Positions 60,601 to 62,768 of a DNA stretch of 64,000 nt are shown here, one piece after another; the first letter of the stretch is position 1, and the number at the start of each line of letters is the position of its first letter. The translations under genes were made by a program, and so were the position numbers. This DNA comes from Rhizaria sp. SCN 62-66 (Eukaryota), in NCBI GenBank assembly GCA_001724265.1, contig MEDY01000076.1:62001-126000 (forward strand), in the 5' to 3' direction. The notes below the pieces were generated by a model that saw only the letters and a program-made list of their open reading frames with translations, was not told the origin of the DNA and ran no database searches.

Positions 60601-62768
60601 GGGAACGACAGCAGTGTGTCGGGCGACAGCGACGACAAGTGACCAGGAACCACAGCAGGGTGCGACAAAAGAGCGAACGCTCCACTGTTGCCATTGAAGC
60701 TAGCAGAAGCTGCGGAGGCCGCAGCAGTGATTGCAGGCAACATAGCACGCGACCACCCGTATTCGCCGACACGCATATCCTTACGCAACTGCGCGTTCAA
60801 GCCGCTCAGCTGCTGCAGCAGCACGCCAATAACTTCATCAGCAGAGGAAATCGCGTCATCAACGTCACCGGAGATAGCAGCGGCACCGGGCAGCAGCGCA
60901 CTGGCGACCGCGCGCGCAATGGCAGATGGCACTAGAGCCCCGGCGCCGGTCTGCGGCGCGCCGACGCCGAGTGTGACCGACACAGCGGCGGCCGCGGCGG
61001 CCTCTGCGATGCGGTAGCGGCGCACGCGCGCGGCCACCGCGAGCGCGAGCGCGGATAGAGACGAGAAGATCGGCCGACGACGCGCGGCGCGGAGCCGGTG
61101 CTGAGTGATGGCGGGCAGCGCGCGCGCGAGGGCGTCGAGGCTGGGGACCGTGAGCATCACGAGTTCCGAACCGACTGCATTGCTCGCAGTCAGTGACTTA
61201 CTGTCAGCGCCCGCGTTGTTCGCAGGCGCGTTGTGCGTGTTATTGTTCGTGTTGGTAAAGCCTGTGGCGCCTGTAGCGGGAACAGAGAAGCTTCCGTCAT
61301 TGTAGATCAAGGTAGCCTCTGTTGCAGACAGCGGCACAGCAGTGGCCTCGTTTGCGCCAGCGGTAATCACATCGCCATTGCTCTTGTTGTTCCCGCTCGC
61401 AATCGTCGCCAAGATAGACGTGGCCTCATGAGGAGACAGAGGCAGATAAGCAACAGCATTTGCAGTTGTGCCGTCAACAGCGTTCAAGCTATTCGCGTTG
61501 TTGGTGTTGTTCAAAGAGCCACGTGCAAGGGCGTATGCGCCAGAAACGTGGCCGGCGTAAAACAGCAGCTGCTTCTCGAACTTCGCCCTCGCAGCGTCGT
61601 ACTCCTGCACGATCTCTGCTAGTATCTGCGGGATGATGGGGTCTCCGCCGCAGAAGTGGACGAACTTCGCCAGACGCAGCGCGCACGCAGCGGGAGAGCG
61701 GTCAATCATGTGGACACCGTTTGCACTGCGACTGAGAGGCGTCGACTCAGAGTCCGAGTCTGAGCCAGAGTCCGGCGGTGAATTAGTGCTCGATGCAAAC
61801 GTCGTCGCAGTGTTGGACTGCGGGATGTCCACCACATCATCGTTGCCCTGCTGCTGCTGCTCACGGTCGCTGCGGCCAATAGTGTCAAGACTCGCAGTGG
61901 TCGCAGCGCGGGCGCGGGCGCGAAGCTTGTCAGCCTTACGGCGCGCCTCTAAAGCGCGGGCGACGTCGGCTGTCGGTGAGCAAACGATGAGGTCGGAGAG
62001 ACCAAAGAACTTTGCAATAAAAATGTCCGTATTCTCAGCGTCGCTGCCGTAGTGATCTTTCCGCTCAATGTTTGCGTTTTCGGAGCTGTTGATATCTCCA
62101 CTTCTGGGCTGGTTGATTTCGTCGCCGATGAGCACGATGTCGCTCTTGAACGACTCCTCAGCGCGCTTGCTCAGTGCATCCAGAGAGAAAGAGCCTGAAG
62201 ACGGCAGCTGCGACTCCGACTGCGACTGTGCGGCGCCGGGGGCCGCAAAAAAGCTGTCACGTTCGCTACTGCGGACAGCGCTGTCCGTGTTGTTGTTCAG
62301 CATAATATGCTGAGTCATGGCGGCATCCTCAGCAGCAACACGTGTCGAAAAGACAACATTACGACGGCGACGGTTGTGCCTGGTATCTTGAGCGGCCTGA
62401 TCTTGACCCTGCGCAGCATTGTCATCAGAATCAGCGACAGAGTCATCGCTCTCATCACTGGCCTCTTCAGAGGAGTGGCTTAACTTACTGTTGTCTGACT
62501 TCTTCGGGACAAATGCAAGCCGAGCAAGGCCCAGGGGCAGCAGCTGTGCGCCGCTGACACCTGCAGTAACGCTCGTATTGAGAGTGGAGGAACTAAGGAT
62601 GATAGTCGCGACAGCCTGCTCGAGCACGCGCCGCGCGCCGGTCTGCAGAGCGGCCTGACTGAGATCCGCAATCAGCGCAGTCGGAGCCCACCAAGGGGAC
62701 GACTTGACTGAGCTCTCGACTGTCTCGGTCATCTTAGCAATCATAGTGACAATATCAGCCCCGGTCTG
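21636..62768 (-). CDS. Giant uncharacterised low-complexity protein, at least 13,702 aa, apparently one exon
   Basis: 41.1 kb stop-free frame with Ala/Ser/Gln/Asn-rich composition like the low-complexity regions of neighbouring genes. No AT-rich intron-like stretches. Ends in TAA at 21638-21636, where sequence abruptly turns AT-rich. No catalytic domain recognised. Confidence 0.85.
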   Translation of the reverse strand, partial: QTGADIVTMIAKMTETVESSVKSSPWWAPTALIADLSQAALQTGARRVLEQAVATIILSSSTLNTSVTAGVSGAQLLPLGLARLAFVPKKSDNSKLSHSSEEASDESDDSVADSDDNAAQGQDQAAQDTRHNRRRRNVVFSTRVAAEDAAMTQHIMLNNNTDSAVRSSERDSFFAAPGAAQSQSESQLPSSGSFSLDALSKRAEESFKSDIVLIGDEINQPRSGDINSSENANIERKDHYGSDAENTDIFIAKFFGLSDLIVCSPTADVARALEARRKADKLRARARAATTASLDTIGRSDREQQQQGNDDVVDIPQSNTATTFASSTNSPPDSGSDSDSESTPLSRSANGVHMIDRSPAACALRLAKFVHFCGGDPIIPQILAEIVQEYDAARAKFEKQLLFYAGHVSGAYALARGSLNNTNNANSLNAVDGTTANAVAYLPLSPHEATSILATIASGNNKSNGDVITAGANEATAVPLSATEATLIYNDGSFSVPATGATGFTNTNNNTHNAPANNAGADSKSLTASNAVGSELVMLTVPSLDALARALPAITQHRLRAARRRPIFSSLSALALAVAARVRRYRIAEAAAAAAVSVTLGVGAPQTGAGALVPSAIARAVASALLPGAAAISGDVDDAISSADEVIGVLLQQLSGLNAQLRKDMRVGEYGWSRAMLPAITAAASAASASFNGNSGAFALLSHPAVVPGHLSSLSPDTLLSFPTVNHTGGNSSASSANDSSLASASASGTAADWAHNTARVLAARTAAAVHAASFGSSTSVLQSQTQSLTLDADSGAASATAAATAVTALLQALPAAVRRAVAPVLAAAARAAAADAWLCAPGARTRAFVAALALVERDARCNHTASRRTAALTSSDASSPGGVVGGEWVVAHLTKTLTASLVEQVTALVGAHVEQRWGATANNNTGSTSAQPQLNHAVDANSASNSRGPSPFNNPSNMNATMIMTSALLLGNTRNVNAAAMVSAAATMLRLNFPSLLAHAGFSRSVPSPSLPSLGRSLATHYIGVCARFRLHALVLSRYLFGLGSLLTHGLLASLTSPVYSDPRACALSTAEMRINGNNNGNDKRQQHSGAYSLLPGLYVVSKGDYLFVDFIDPPLRPAVTAVPTANVVNGANATGDAGRARSGSEAQQGGSLLSRTDSFDPRYLFRGMVPRLAPAGAGKSAFSDRSAALSPIVHSLAAATAHSQSPISHGRSPSQPHSSAAQSLAFAGAQRLLKFTGDDAFVRAHLAPGAAQAQPQLALASFQGAATTADTFHFPAPYTTTARRLDAEKNASSAPVGVLTAQVPLAVLLHGAGWYGRYWVAKTGFIRAVAPEPVNTRAIPDELVTVTFAAAAASVPASHNKSGVKSTGSHEWAAPVLLTVPQLTELYNARARASKQANNANTNASCASAEKKINASEKSDASAGVSLPDLLSNIMDLSHRISDTTTNTSTAVSPNSSPASQSHLYYTPASFNVNLSLTPFSAAATAAATAAASPSALLSASSSAGSVCSWSASMARLWDAASGLATGAAGPAGGLLPYSWLTAAAALWPEAPIVSTAVTEEQENDPNNANGDANSASAASATEADSYIYAQSHAISSAAPLFPAHTLPYGNNSNIGNNNTTSSMLLPQPTLTRQGTSNGLPGAGSLSSASGASHGSYGASVSSAMVPLWSSSSSHAASVAADVAYLAWLADTDPDRAAAVLAEHTLMMSSSTASFTSSPHFGSTNNAGDIEAAPGNLAPSAFSAAYRSPSTSLWAGLSRFYPSTAAGLLTYTTAAAARDPWGVSAGYRGLQSLLPVYSSTQTRSTAATVIPATANAAAANGGPSGTPGAAGGRRRSTVTNTAEAYLALPSSALASTAANANMGNTSANGNSQSYVIFDPSLYVPGWIPPVTSSANATSTGSLTRARSPSRNSTSNTPGNAAGRGLSPRPNAAASANASAGAYGPYSSISVVSPQALAPAPVWAPADVFELLHSAGGSAVTAINAIDTLLRARGWARARHGTAAAATYHNYLMHGSAALASKAHASAAAHGAASTASTNTDSAGSVYGTSTGVNSANAGATATFAQPNGIADTFFEVGLLHPLFPPPPPPAPPAVAAAPAAGSRGRTKSTTQSSKTTTQSNATAARAPVAVAAGVIDGADASASFASVHQRPASASPEASLSRTSSLNAITATATPLPLLPQQSNSGGQLPPPQTPSDASDCGSDSESDSDAPPASAVSFDSLEAAREAQARAAWRQYRDRASVLASIDCAWVRIPLPAAAPGPPAAGTAPGAAAAAAAATASTTGGGSKPAWALRPLAKAVACVLDVERRTAAVLARMLTDHSAKALVKDVADLPLTRRGLSAASANRNTDAAADGREEDRALAGLWRPPVAIPATLSPAAVLAASPRLRLSSDPAPANVTSGDAGEADAVAALLRLPPAPRRLATPAIVRRLAHLSGLPVGPPLMWYVALLTSTAVKQQLQQQRQQQWGQRSRVRGSGGAQAKGATARTNVGTKTTYTGGKSFTSLAALAGALHALAVTDTLHTRAVTRYLMSNVCPPQLVAFALSVFPGSVLPRHAVYGNAYKIARTPSMSNNTSGNVTPGSGTVATQQQQGVSPTQISPSPLVAAAENNNANNANAGIPRTRLDRRSSGLMNPQQYQQYANSSSAAPAAGAYPGLSSTRDDANELVHPVGGFLSSLTAQVVASAIVYIKTHKFPLTSYSSATASVSLDSDSDEDNDDDSREHTGEDAEADADAAAPESAARVCPHVTLLSGLAHENYRVGLVSPSVFYDYPPIDAENSYANSVAPHLNAIHGDLDSGNSTLGSAFKQSLSVARRSLPPQLLNSHSLASLRPFAPSHLGLLSAPAAVGSAIPDVVLFRWTLYEAPRPFTASYDAKASANATSARFTFNVSSDGSKQDRPVTGAILTLPLDDGIIPSLPRLLSKLRERETAASRALREQIALLRHVLAHRLPLIAGMPVTDSAAAAAAACCASNSSNKEAIAAATAAAAAAESAAGTAPAALTRAALLPLLTLKSPLPFHSLLRLLTELSQLGCRYASPAALAATLERVVAAATARRRDGFTSALNDANSQLRALHMAFLPMLRLTGVSSRTTAQQQQQQLQQQQQQQLQSSPHSTTHMFNLHTPPQFSPRDRESMFPDRDRSGSEAKPPVEILRFSTMPILNSGGNAMQTENNNAIGVPSPITRAASSNIGSTGFNPAPLPMPAPLSSTSPSSVTGSTSGLGPAPAPGSVSGSVSASHAFAFTSPAPATTTGRGVTAEFGSKRATLRFDRAQLHALFLATGGGPRAQAELAHVAPVVAQIVAGEVRAWTAHAIALSRAGGVVTVKSSPEQEAAAAAEAAAANAAAQTAAETARASVWGDNNNISKNSSFNVGARNSGIRSVMDDDDDEDEYIQTSQPKHSKYGLSLTTNMSDNTDGDPSHSHNSSGIEMLPGVPPPESIASNADNNSSGISAPHMMRSVSLRSAPTFSRVESAAQSSLPASIGSTAPTVANALPSVPVAATAQFLVFARILHHTQRLCSGARRASAAAARRLLLSSLRLSTSSASLNKSVSVDISLLDILLTPAAANSVATVSPRVLLHSLALIAFQLQPSLSAITRARADRLLRATLSGTASASNSVGASSRADHAFYDFFSENFGEFDYVHPVWTALAPRSLAESIPSSVAELTARSGSDDAAKMFFAAAGLDAGLVLGSSASSAFKCTSTASQEGSGKRGEQQSQGFRPERSAACTLRQSISSEHNATVNGLLLHSMSARMTLMLPATINAATVDANAAFGCPLFFVQLLSTLQSLAAQGVAFSSFRDLALAVRATKLSANTKSTFRAIIPLTTVAVNDANATLSTGVSAKIHTQGSAASDTTSAANSKTDNNKSSGFKSGKNTSRSDSNNASGSALGFGAFHKAHLQSGNVAEVLSNTPLAALLQSGVGAALMVPLPLPTPVASGASSSNVAGTAAQPAANSISSSTTGATPATGTATGTATPAVVLLSPPAPATAAAAANTTSASLLSSHEPAPTPLTSAGVNSSSSSSSSSTANPGASAVAPQQQQLQRTARIEDLAAALFPHNRVLSQRLAALMAPYTATVTNLFSGGSASALAALSASNAPWLLQELGGAALTTNATSTTNPSSSSASAAGSSANSGAGTGANEGTSGSGSSATTVPSWALAQSSHLAEAALAVAPLALFAMAPGEAVLLAPMFTQNHDKMMNISALSSNNPPQSSKTAVNAVSALPLSSPLGAALLALSADADKALLWGNILAAAAASSSLTGFAAGSGAGVSVTRIKEAMRYPRVRSVCSLVSQADAAKIPTLLWDLLPMAADSYQMKYVSGGARSNVSASMNSNADPIKCNTESDDDSDEDAAIQNKQDTAVVAKQLPSKWDEAALPLAYPQQTMLHCLYLLSRALTERLEEEGLPSANALPASLAVAAATAASAAAANARNKTTSNTSSATASASLPPPPARAPAAMNIVILPTDVDTMTALASDSARSLLLSHSENSHGHANGLNAEVAAALATAAAVLGERSVYQLVPQDAIATAPRRAPVQRSASELALPIAPSAESGATARANTGGASKTLVPSPTPAAVAAATTPIIGNPSADAEADAAAATAENDGSGGFFTPVRATRASSRVSFANSVAGSNSVDAAVTAADAAVTASTAAVAAVATDSAHAFAAAFPSLTLQVAEALSVPFCEFAPDIFASATTVKMPSSSPGGNSRSTIVPSESNDYGVEYGFVYGPASSQLHSKAPLYTLSVTLDINGSRTRSNTIFATATAAEAEAWGWGASSVEPYNYNYNSSNAVGNFSLDNASSSGANAGLTQPTPSVMMASPTGPSHRLSVSFTPTTPGGARRSGTGLGYNALGQQHQLQMNANNGTPLGAFSPLTGTGGSSISKRGSIMVASPSLGFRRSTSLFPNLSPALTPANVAAAEAMTPLHNANSSGQFLSPPSAHGQSASGLRSPYAGPSAEAPYQLHFEDPTLTSYDPNDYTARGSLAFVPLHQSYGTHSFSQQHADALLGAGATLGPRGSVLAPASPYLGGQRSLNRGGSISAGYGPTVTSGYPGMTPRMSMPSPLHSRGSVFMSPQQMTQRGSIFGFGGGSSIGYNPSASIGSITLRSVAGVPIAGAPMTTAAAAAAAAASAASSFSLPLLSTPQLHYLSLPLLQSSFDLPIPRSLTLPAAPALPPLLPLGTPARLSQSLRALMYIHAAVESEHVAEVVGILSTALAPLLQRLQQSAGDGDALGQDQAASASVAGAVWVQRAARALVTLSGAGLDTADHLRSALAAGLTLFDVKTVDSSSKSTDQSQTNSVVTLTVTMPSVSVMTTAPLVSSANNSPRSSSGSRPHSRLQSRSPSPAPSSPRRLSPTLDSLASTKILARRMSSSSSSSQSHHKRSLSRTGLMATGSGGSRAESPSLTPGATPHTSFPSHRRVFSTASGHANSASSFMTTSSISRVGSRVGSRRSSVLDNRSPSPNTFVSSPRASFAQAPDQSSDNASDDNANVASIMVALDIAFSRAANSVAAAHRRFILLCATATTHLRASPLHSGALHGTGLETTFERQRVYPDRVRNLLRILRRRGTVAAALPAVSPLNKSLTVNKDVAATVGALLVGPVARAMSLLQSIVAFQGSFTLGRTASGSLMSALSWTSETPLLPAPSAYTISGNKQHMDNKEFNNDGKVQSDTVSSIASVVASSVIDVPFPLTFTFIQRALTTQAMRLAPASVTAAVPTAAPAPAPGAPLWSRPLALLPLSATAVLTSPLTRVALAVDAAARSSESKLSRARAAFLELFYEAIGLSVSTGLDLPAFTRGNCGDSAKSSKKAFTQKLKSNNTTKHVILALGDSSNDNNGDSRAMPSVLASAIAEDATLLTTRFSLALAKGTVPLSSPAAALAAHAALQQPTGPALAGGLSSVRVRNYDGASSVNGAIVLERAKLSVDCSDQTTSMNGGNSTVNVSRLNTSVLGATIEEGEEDEHLNGETEATQEARARALALTQDSSSGYGAGGLSAMSDRRARRRSRNRRRNNKSSAKAYNSFGDADSFNSTDMTAEMSNMSFAGVPSIVDNFAINAAAINTVEENTEKAADSGDEGETWGELPDIEDVFMDSIKLPQSLHSLLSPLSSCSQTEHASTNMNCVGPTVDVDASLELLAAATAAIKLFTAGGLTFDSLPALVDALTITAHSLRTPHAQLTAYSPLSVMNDDLLTDSALSQQSRSLHESVFSVLVLSIPALLPQLMNPTVAIPGLGIAGAVALLPSATASSNNSHGNSSNSLPTGEDDFISSATSLPASNAGASVESTFSISTAASLYTSRTITALDLAIPDTFVTPALATHTHTVFTELTKAGPHAAPPTYAFTPTVPHSGAAHGHYNRLPSVGPRVTALRTVSARVAAAAAAYTDTASGPAALVALSTRVPTSIVALTRLAEATDADFDSGDGDWRGGSRRGSTVAANSSAAAGTAAAAAAGAQAAVAAANAAATSSNTGAASPAMARPWSGAAGLKQQPPQPPPRPQSPLGSPKSTTSSAADTHAASFIASVSPQMPSRSPVPSGTSFNGKSGGSPPQRPQSPSLTKPNSFDLTTDEPPAPPTRLFAGELGSIVNMITASERERPSAGRLARTVLERVHDVSNAQQRRLAARRLRRLGRWYARAEAASLYNSSSVYSSVSKDDMAVDGAVALGRRGVRYYTMPWPTRRAVHWNPFALPTAATHAVSHYSAANSAQHNDSESKLGASDAVAALRLADTTTVKVESAANNVAANMGCQSFDDEHIVIVSASNGGLVAAGNSSATSAGTARASTARAATARLTARGSSFAFATVNNNSNAAAAGSAVGASSLIDSNGGSGVCGSDISAFSPRFTPDGAAPDGTMLYTPSQSTLSLLSHARAAAAVAAHAAALPHTLALASTSESKSETRAVTTAAVALPLWNPPAALDFSLALVLPRPRSLASMLPHAHTESTLFPARVTEKDTNPAAVAAAEAAAEAAAAAAAAEAEANAGVRRDAKRAMAKARARARARAHLQQQQQQQRPRDSNKASGAAKSKDGNASSQSNFSSHAIHDEFVYDDDDDEFDDDDDEGGFDSSGDEGIDFVADLAALPPAAVFPRAVPLLQPFNVVHASLMHAAAQSISSQPHNNDSADSYPSENTATAATLQLQTQSQTQSSHRSLALLSQPWYAARVLALTQVLTSHALGNTALPAQLVDNNNAQAATATADAAALKSDTAYLPDVPDMLVHLAEQHARFTTLSELTTALGKLAHDTTQQKMVFTESVNTAVAPLTAAINAAVSPKSVASASGSTNSGANTIMMAGTAAAGSMSLWEASRVWALAGAGAYTLTHLATVTQALTTAAKRAPALLSPINAASATNADANSTGTDDQNAAAAALMGLSADDLWIVTTLLTHLSATVLTAAGTKLTVTLPASARTTATQPSGLSRTLSLSSHAPGVASAVLAPATTSVRVRSLTPFATGLALVIRLLHTSFLLKRHLVMSFAAAPTSQSLAELGAWHARTAPAPTAAAAASVSGLATEAAVAQGSGVMTMLQRYRERDAHGRGTDRMRNSGNSSKANSSVLAKRRVSIASGSGRRDSIGARRLSMSNSNSNVNAASGSNESANHAAFVAAGAEDSEDGGSDNGAYSSLSRRGSQSRRYTGQVSSAAVEAENEAEVYYDDYDNGRDGVKTKMSANANNVHYNIYMFNMNGGQAQLQSRQQQKQHRSYIMYGPDGKVDLNAQPPPFASQNSDEQLQQEQEQQAQQQQQQQLLSPVALAERENKRRRQLRRTRRRLLAESSVLPLSDPAPYSGLVATSASAAQPSVHGHSPQATVAGWLVPRAYAALVSESVGGACVSARVLCALALRQWGHDSSDNNVAKLSTTAITSITNIDHNNSDLDSVVHLSYTYLVSTNVTASSPRSSKRSTTSPASVVMPRRVRPLPVRPLCDPRAALWELRAGGLTFSCAADLLAALRLVHLRRPLLDVAASADPLEVVMTSNVAATVRNDVIKHRLYGVGEFAVAQQAAAANAAARGGGALIAASPYMAPMTTPKASFAAVAAAAAAVGAAVSRTGPEADLDNSNKNAGLNANASATPRPVSKQASTRVAFGPGTPLSGPAAASAIAAAGAAESNPVDEVAAALHPHIALLTGFANAQCDNIVSALSSSVSSSSGCAGIGASAGTAVSETGSATAALLTGVRPHVPGAALPPGSVQVTVSIPSDRALVAYLSARIGTLTSALSDITTVAAHVIALVELVAASEGGNDALVSRDAAACAGQLGSVYAVEQLFATEATRSEAYQAESDPLFDGTTSEISAEPLIPQAGKSPGQAHLPSIFSMSPLPGAAALAQHRRNSLAGGAGLGSSGLAAARGAATPGTSRLLSQEAVSRNVCANLHTVLRGLALLRTDLEIALRRAIELRNALANAAAAAEDVLTGNALSTGSTSSQPRKLPPRGSAGVEAKLSPRAPSTNGPTSPRSSGTMTARGSAGGAAAGSVTAAGGRAAMAANAMAITTKIIVDKAVDLLSSDGKGAGGAQLALLSAPPQLAALIQLQLHALALPSPPRPLATFTASTAVLAQAVAASRAHRAFGSVLHQLAHERRRVVSTADLATAVYCRHSAPAALEALLLQEPVLALCRAAAVQCMHALSFVTSLALDPVTTAEATHGATLPLLFAANGTPAAAAAFLPQTNSGNSFSSAGGLPAGSSDSGDFANGTSGPVAGALPARTSFYGYPPNSNGNNNAAVLQAANDAAIPGSAIVAMADAHPRLRALLRFAPPTQVLLRTAGPGFTATGSGIYASAMLPSSSTAGSGRNNTGDDLSRGLRGPRRSYLDWQGRLSVSGMRLSFQTAANAPTTAPMSMGTGYSGGYGLPLNNSIIPNNGNAGSQGNSNSSSARASVTAALGARAAAVLGTVQAGSTVYVPPAPHDTIIASVAAAPGSLLPLLQLHAESLKPALQRIGALLFPETAAVSANASSTSSSSSGFHNKDDGLVRPQTYAQSAAAAQAALATLTNALASASASTATSSRSRNSSGKNTVNDGVSLTVALTSPALLAALPQTTASIAGGLSSALCDWPSHWVAAPPRLSYSAPAVSAAITADKAAFASAESRARASVVASGPATLAPVQLRLAPSQRLAAAAAASAAKAKAVANAVNVGAGTGPRRQSLVSRLARACQWAQSAQVMLPSSNALAAALLPAAATGSTSFSVANPAAAGNGGIAAFLVNNGSNSSGGSLSAASGVGAAANANVGSASGGMTMHPAAAAVAAAAATSAAASATAAPALLTLGAAWFQSPGALAAAARAPTVLPLVWPTVAAAVAAEVTADLTRQKVTGAIAEADLAADEAVAAAATSAAASAAVFAASSSSSSSASHSDASISTTAGAAGGHGRGSLMQSSPAKMFSSLAATSTAAIAAAAAAAASSYQLAPVSRLATMTAVISTIPLSPSVPNALSWQCAPALVAADANGIAVETDSERNSSVSEDKTTTKAKTTSLDFAGSYRYTLPASASANSFGNRLLDSPVSTLPHGRVPSLLPSLTVAPATVSSNVTVAQWSAFAAARAREASAALLIAGDALCFDSTPVALSQHSARAAATALTGLATPATHAPAPAPGAAAAALGSVVIAGTHVPVAVKWGQPQLAIATPGYNPCATTLPIGPRAAPSVAALPFAPGPAMRGDGSFTWYSLSSNVSNNVERVSFSQPLSPSSSASASAFASASAAAAAAAASAAAAAASVTVLSNASTIGGSPTSTSSFAGVPSMSTLHHPSSYALFSGESKCLATVTRTAIALLQNAANASGNSNPNASAGTSQKQQQQPRVVTVMTALSMTRSIHRPWLHSLPPPALTAATLRPVALQLIASLQSNGTNKGSSPVAVSALGLWSSPVPQSLPPLVCADVITLPSLLATESAISASRAASATTGALAAATATALRSRQALLSTVGAAPSPAAAAVTMAAALLPLARFTPHGPAGVSATAASVIAGASSAAHQALQSQQSTLQLQQMQPQQQQQQAPGASSGRNSFSTGYPSPAAAAAAAAAATHSAVASLAIRPTSADAVVSAAAAGGFELEAAAALLATTPLALSLALAPAVAAAPALADNADGGTHANHLIAGAGDLPIPLALQRELATVLSLERSHPALARARRAAAATVARGGMQSQAALVFALSHPEHVTAPQQQQSHPPASQHHQGSASAKSSAYASSPVATTASSTALAVHPALAPTAAAAATAVARADAAGKWARASFAANAALNHSRGRGSNNAFGAFDVHEHSADSGVAAISSSSAAMANRNGESTAVVPASVASNAGALHDEQVSNAATAQSGSDAAASANGSGTRPAAVVVPPAMQSSSVTLHQALASAAPAVAHLITTLSAAVATPLRTLSHTALPLPATAVLLSTAIRIALPKMCQAPQYTRAAALKVALIDRTLQGPSLVSCVAATQALLGVDILTLAIENGRNAMDSNGELQSWELSDAVVGAIMSVFAPPAGSIATMTKGQPPQQTQQPCLRPLPHWLSCCAVACAVAAAMPLPAVAAMKADYATFAANLTATATTTPESSSAHSRSNAASAGALTARAGPISNNNTVLPLYLHRDHSSVFSVPPTSQSLAALPGVFPMSSAASFASIVSTLGPSATAAASTAAPTLALLSPAPFWHALNTAATSAVSTSGLAAAAASMLPPPLPFLTPPPTYFFGTALSPQAEMHYVIKPTVAGWLVRAPPTVRRSARLHANALRLVLFTFPPLTDGAALRWPQAAFEYIVLTSPSPGLAVLMAQALGMMMTEAALAVAWARFQHHSTSVRGLLTDLTSAVAPALAADNAHTDAGGAANNNLSSRSYGTAASATLNTQQQQQQAKVRGVVSARADSRPVSGHKPQPPSASAATGNVVSAAEPKRFVQEMAGALSKQMALGRRFAQSNSSSASASSSAVTPPTLQQLPSLIAANAAATAAVEAGTETVGVASAAKQSHMALSRYSRTLTAHDSVFSAPAMQRFMSPRPQQLALRLLQLASTAPAHLRSLHTALSHPSCSVFSLPAASDPFSTPLGPVIAPALATGAVSAQTVAIALAACPAPSVPLPLTSMTRATVTHTVTDTAAAAATVFTPVPIKASKSASPYGDAVTGSSDGNIMMNAAAASRFGVIVASQSLILELPPATSLLATLEDDSNSTSNGSTRAGNSSSSGSGGSDREDANSRARAGADSRVLALSGVAPLTPHESSFFDSIFSASARAQTMCPVSSMFLQTPSRRPLYPHTAPSEAAYLIRLCLSQAAAAATAADIAASVVSDAADIMYEEEDDTAAAGGNDAAAANATGTGTGATSANATAAVTPVPGSAADTPVGTPAFGPTPTNLSAALHRARAATPAGAANTAADATPNGTGANAGIRAGVAVPQLRAMPRGPYEAFALRRQRQTVAVARALVEAADGHAAALASWQRQQRAHHRQQQLLAQQQQQQQADAAARRAGYASASAAAAAAAAAANNGSNAGNDFHNSHGARRSVQPILPAASGTVSAGAPPPALLAIMSLEPVTGTPLVRALRDLVTDYDAAVDRALRKVSRLRPARVAQASNTTAASGSDVSVANLSINGYGPGMNAGDSYAESYSFNDLTINSNTASSTTSNGATIGKQPANAAVSGSWGGSWVARIDPTAIVFIGSLGNNFYHPIPVAYPKTTITISTTASASVSNTNTPSRARVASAVDTTVAAEPESVELAPMPVPTSALVAAAPLSDALLPVLASLAALPRVAPVFALGSQHGAAWSLPLWCRDKALSQPVLAISSVLLTISQLELVPQSPLMTIAAPRLLAQSTAAAALASATVTGAANADALGPLTAALEAQLTTHAFSAVDSATVQTPVIAPALLLTLAHALEAWLCRLTTLAGNPIALTVTLNRLAMSRAQFSTMGQLVAAVATDIARVAVPATHAYAVASVTSVPPAASANSEPSTSTAITVPSSGGNLAAGAAKSHQVNTLGNNRMSSFAVRSSIFHSSANSNDSTGDQQQQQQPHNHHHHNYHQQPPRAHATTNAGTLVAASARPDIPAFVGIGCGDCEQRDLAPASTAANATVSGSRNNTALTTTNMSGGSASTSAAFAAAAAAVAAADSSILDRFTPSVLQALLTDMLTQSSRAGGTDGAGADDDSVGAIDLTEEDAVFAQASYADPAIVSALNARANARRAQSQASNNNSSSANNNVSGSSGAQASTLARIRAARAAAASAAATAANSDSLFTSFPSTLTAGHAALLITLAGGVPAAAHALLSRLRAMRLNFSTPDELVLFCVSLCAPTHPRPLDIVVAKARAMASDDDGAARLYALRTGVDAAYGGHSQCDCGHYATAASASASVGAACVGACVFPSWVWLEPDIVDCPPIYRVVLPIEPSQQQQQQQQQQSMVLAQSPNKSGSIGADVVAVTSAVTSVSAYTLALTEHNNATSAATTAALAAESAAAAAAAASNPGSSNGSLNAVVVSSSSSSSASAVAMAHRQAATAHASVTTAPGLIDSSFPPASAPVLSAGSVAAAVAALAANGHVFPLVPSDAPARVRALAGVPALPGIGSLPPPRRVAQAAASALGGAGGNGGDAGAAVSLLSASPTGAASLNVAVLVDTALMLHATAPVTVGLLAPVPIAPPCLVSTTINAATAAAAAANSNSNNNSHADANKNGASASANVIDVNTENALKSLHTCDPCSQSLCLVCARAALLMVISELQLLRPRAFAAAEKIAQREAGRARARAARERRYAKKVLRATLRAVRKEDEIAAKAKAQAERRRRLARRRRRQRVMATAAAAAAAVAKNGDAEEGEADHWMMGDMDQSNNDNELDNLTDEEDDDNMDDDDYDDYNDDEDGYDDDGDQVDGDYGYTEGDMVYYAGDSTSRATSSEGIYSSPTGYMDSPNPNAESSDPDSDGNYRRRRGNSSAQGQSGTNSKSRRQLMQQQQQQGSPTAPSTPVSMNNKPLSNANVNASGNAFVMDGADGDDDNNHEQQLQQQQQLNDPQNTRRRRRMTGLSEMPALAAADTEECKHNPVSGSPAQGARRGLHTEFPEDRDDDAQLDQGDACDAEVAQARHGDEAIEDSNHDNDKTLTSSRGANASFENSSASDYDDDDDDDDDDDQEEEDLLALLARYEEEDEEEELADAEAEAAATAADAAAAESESKSNVSGVRNKVAQNGSDCEELTWEENYAQSLLPTVTEHVSAPCPYSTARARNASGKLVSGNVGSAVARTHGAAARNDAQARVQRHSVPISTAALDILLSTAVTAACPNAAAAAVPLHLTAHSATHCPPGAVLLAAVPLSCLAALTATLTRLALRRCAFARASQLIAAAVAQLRPGAVGALRPPALLDAKAGQGTGVGSAASVLSAVAGAFLPAYHRYSTLNSNALASSAGSSASGSAGPAGAVSAVAALAARLMSPAAVTAAAVLDTRHISDLREFTTYEIDTHTITANMNTFDAPAFAFGAGNSSSRSQQPRGNKSGRVPMLLMPASSAAAAAAVSSSMSQPGGGLIFSGGRFDFSRPNATASSANSNNSSSSGFGNGPLPTLNGKLSRTFENFDINTGSRTTQASLAAAAAAAAEADAAADAAEIEASGASNSDGRGFVRTVTLMSHGAYVATTPLQPLLLSPNLAPSAADAGAASSAFTAATTAASTVSAGSGGAAAGAGSAVGADTTVQQIYLRGGGPFAAAGLLSLVRAGVVVGELADLAVAMELEWQHAQRGWVQQTRHPLLQAHYDAYRSGVDANNAAAAAAAAAAAAARQNAALEKQFRKNNGMQ

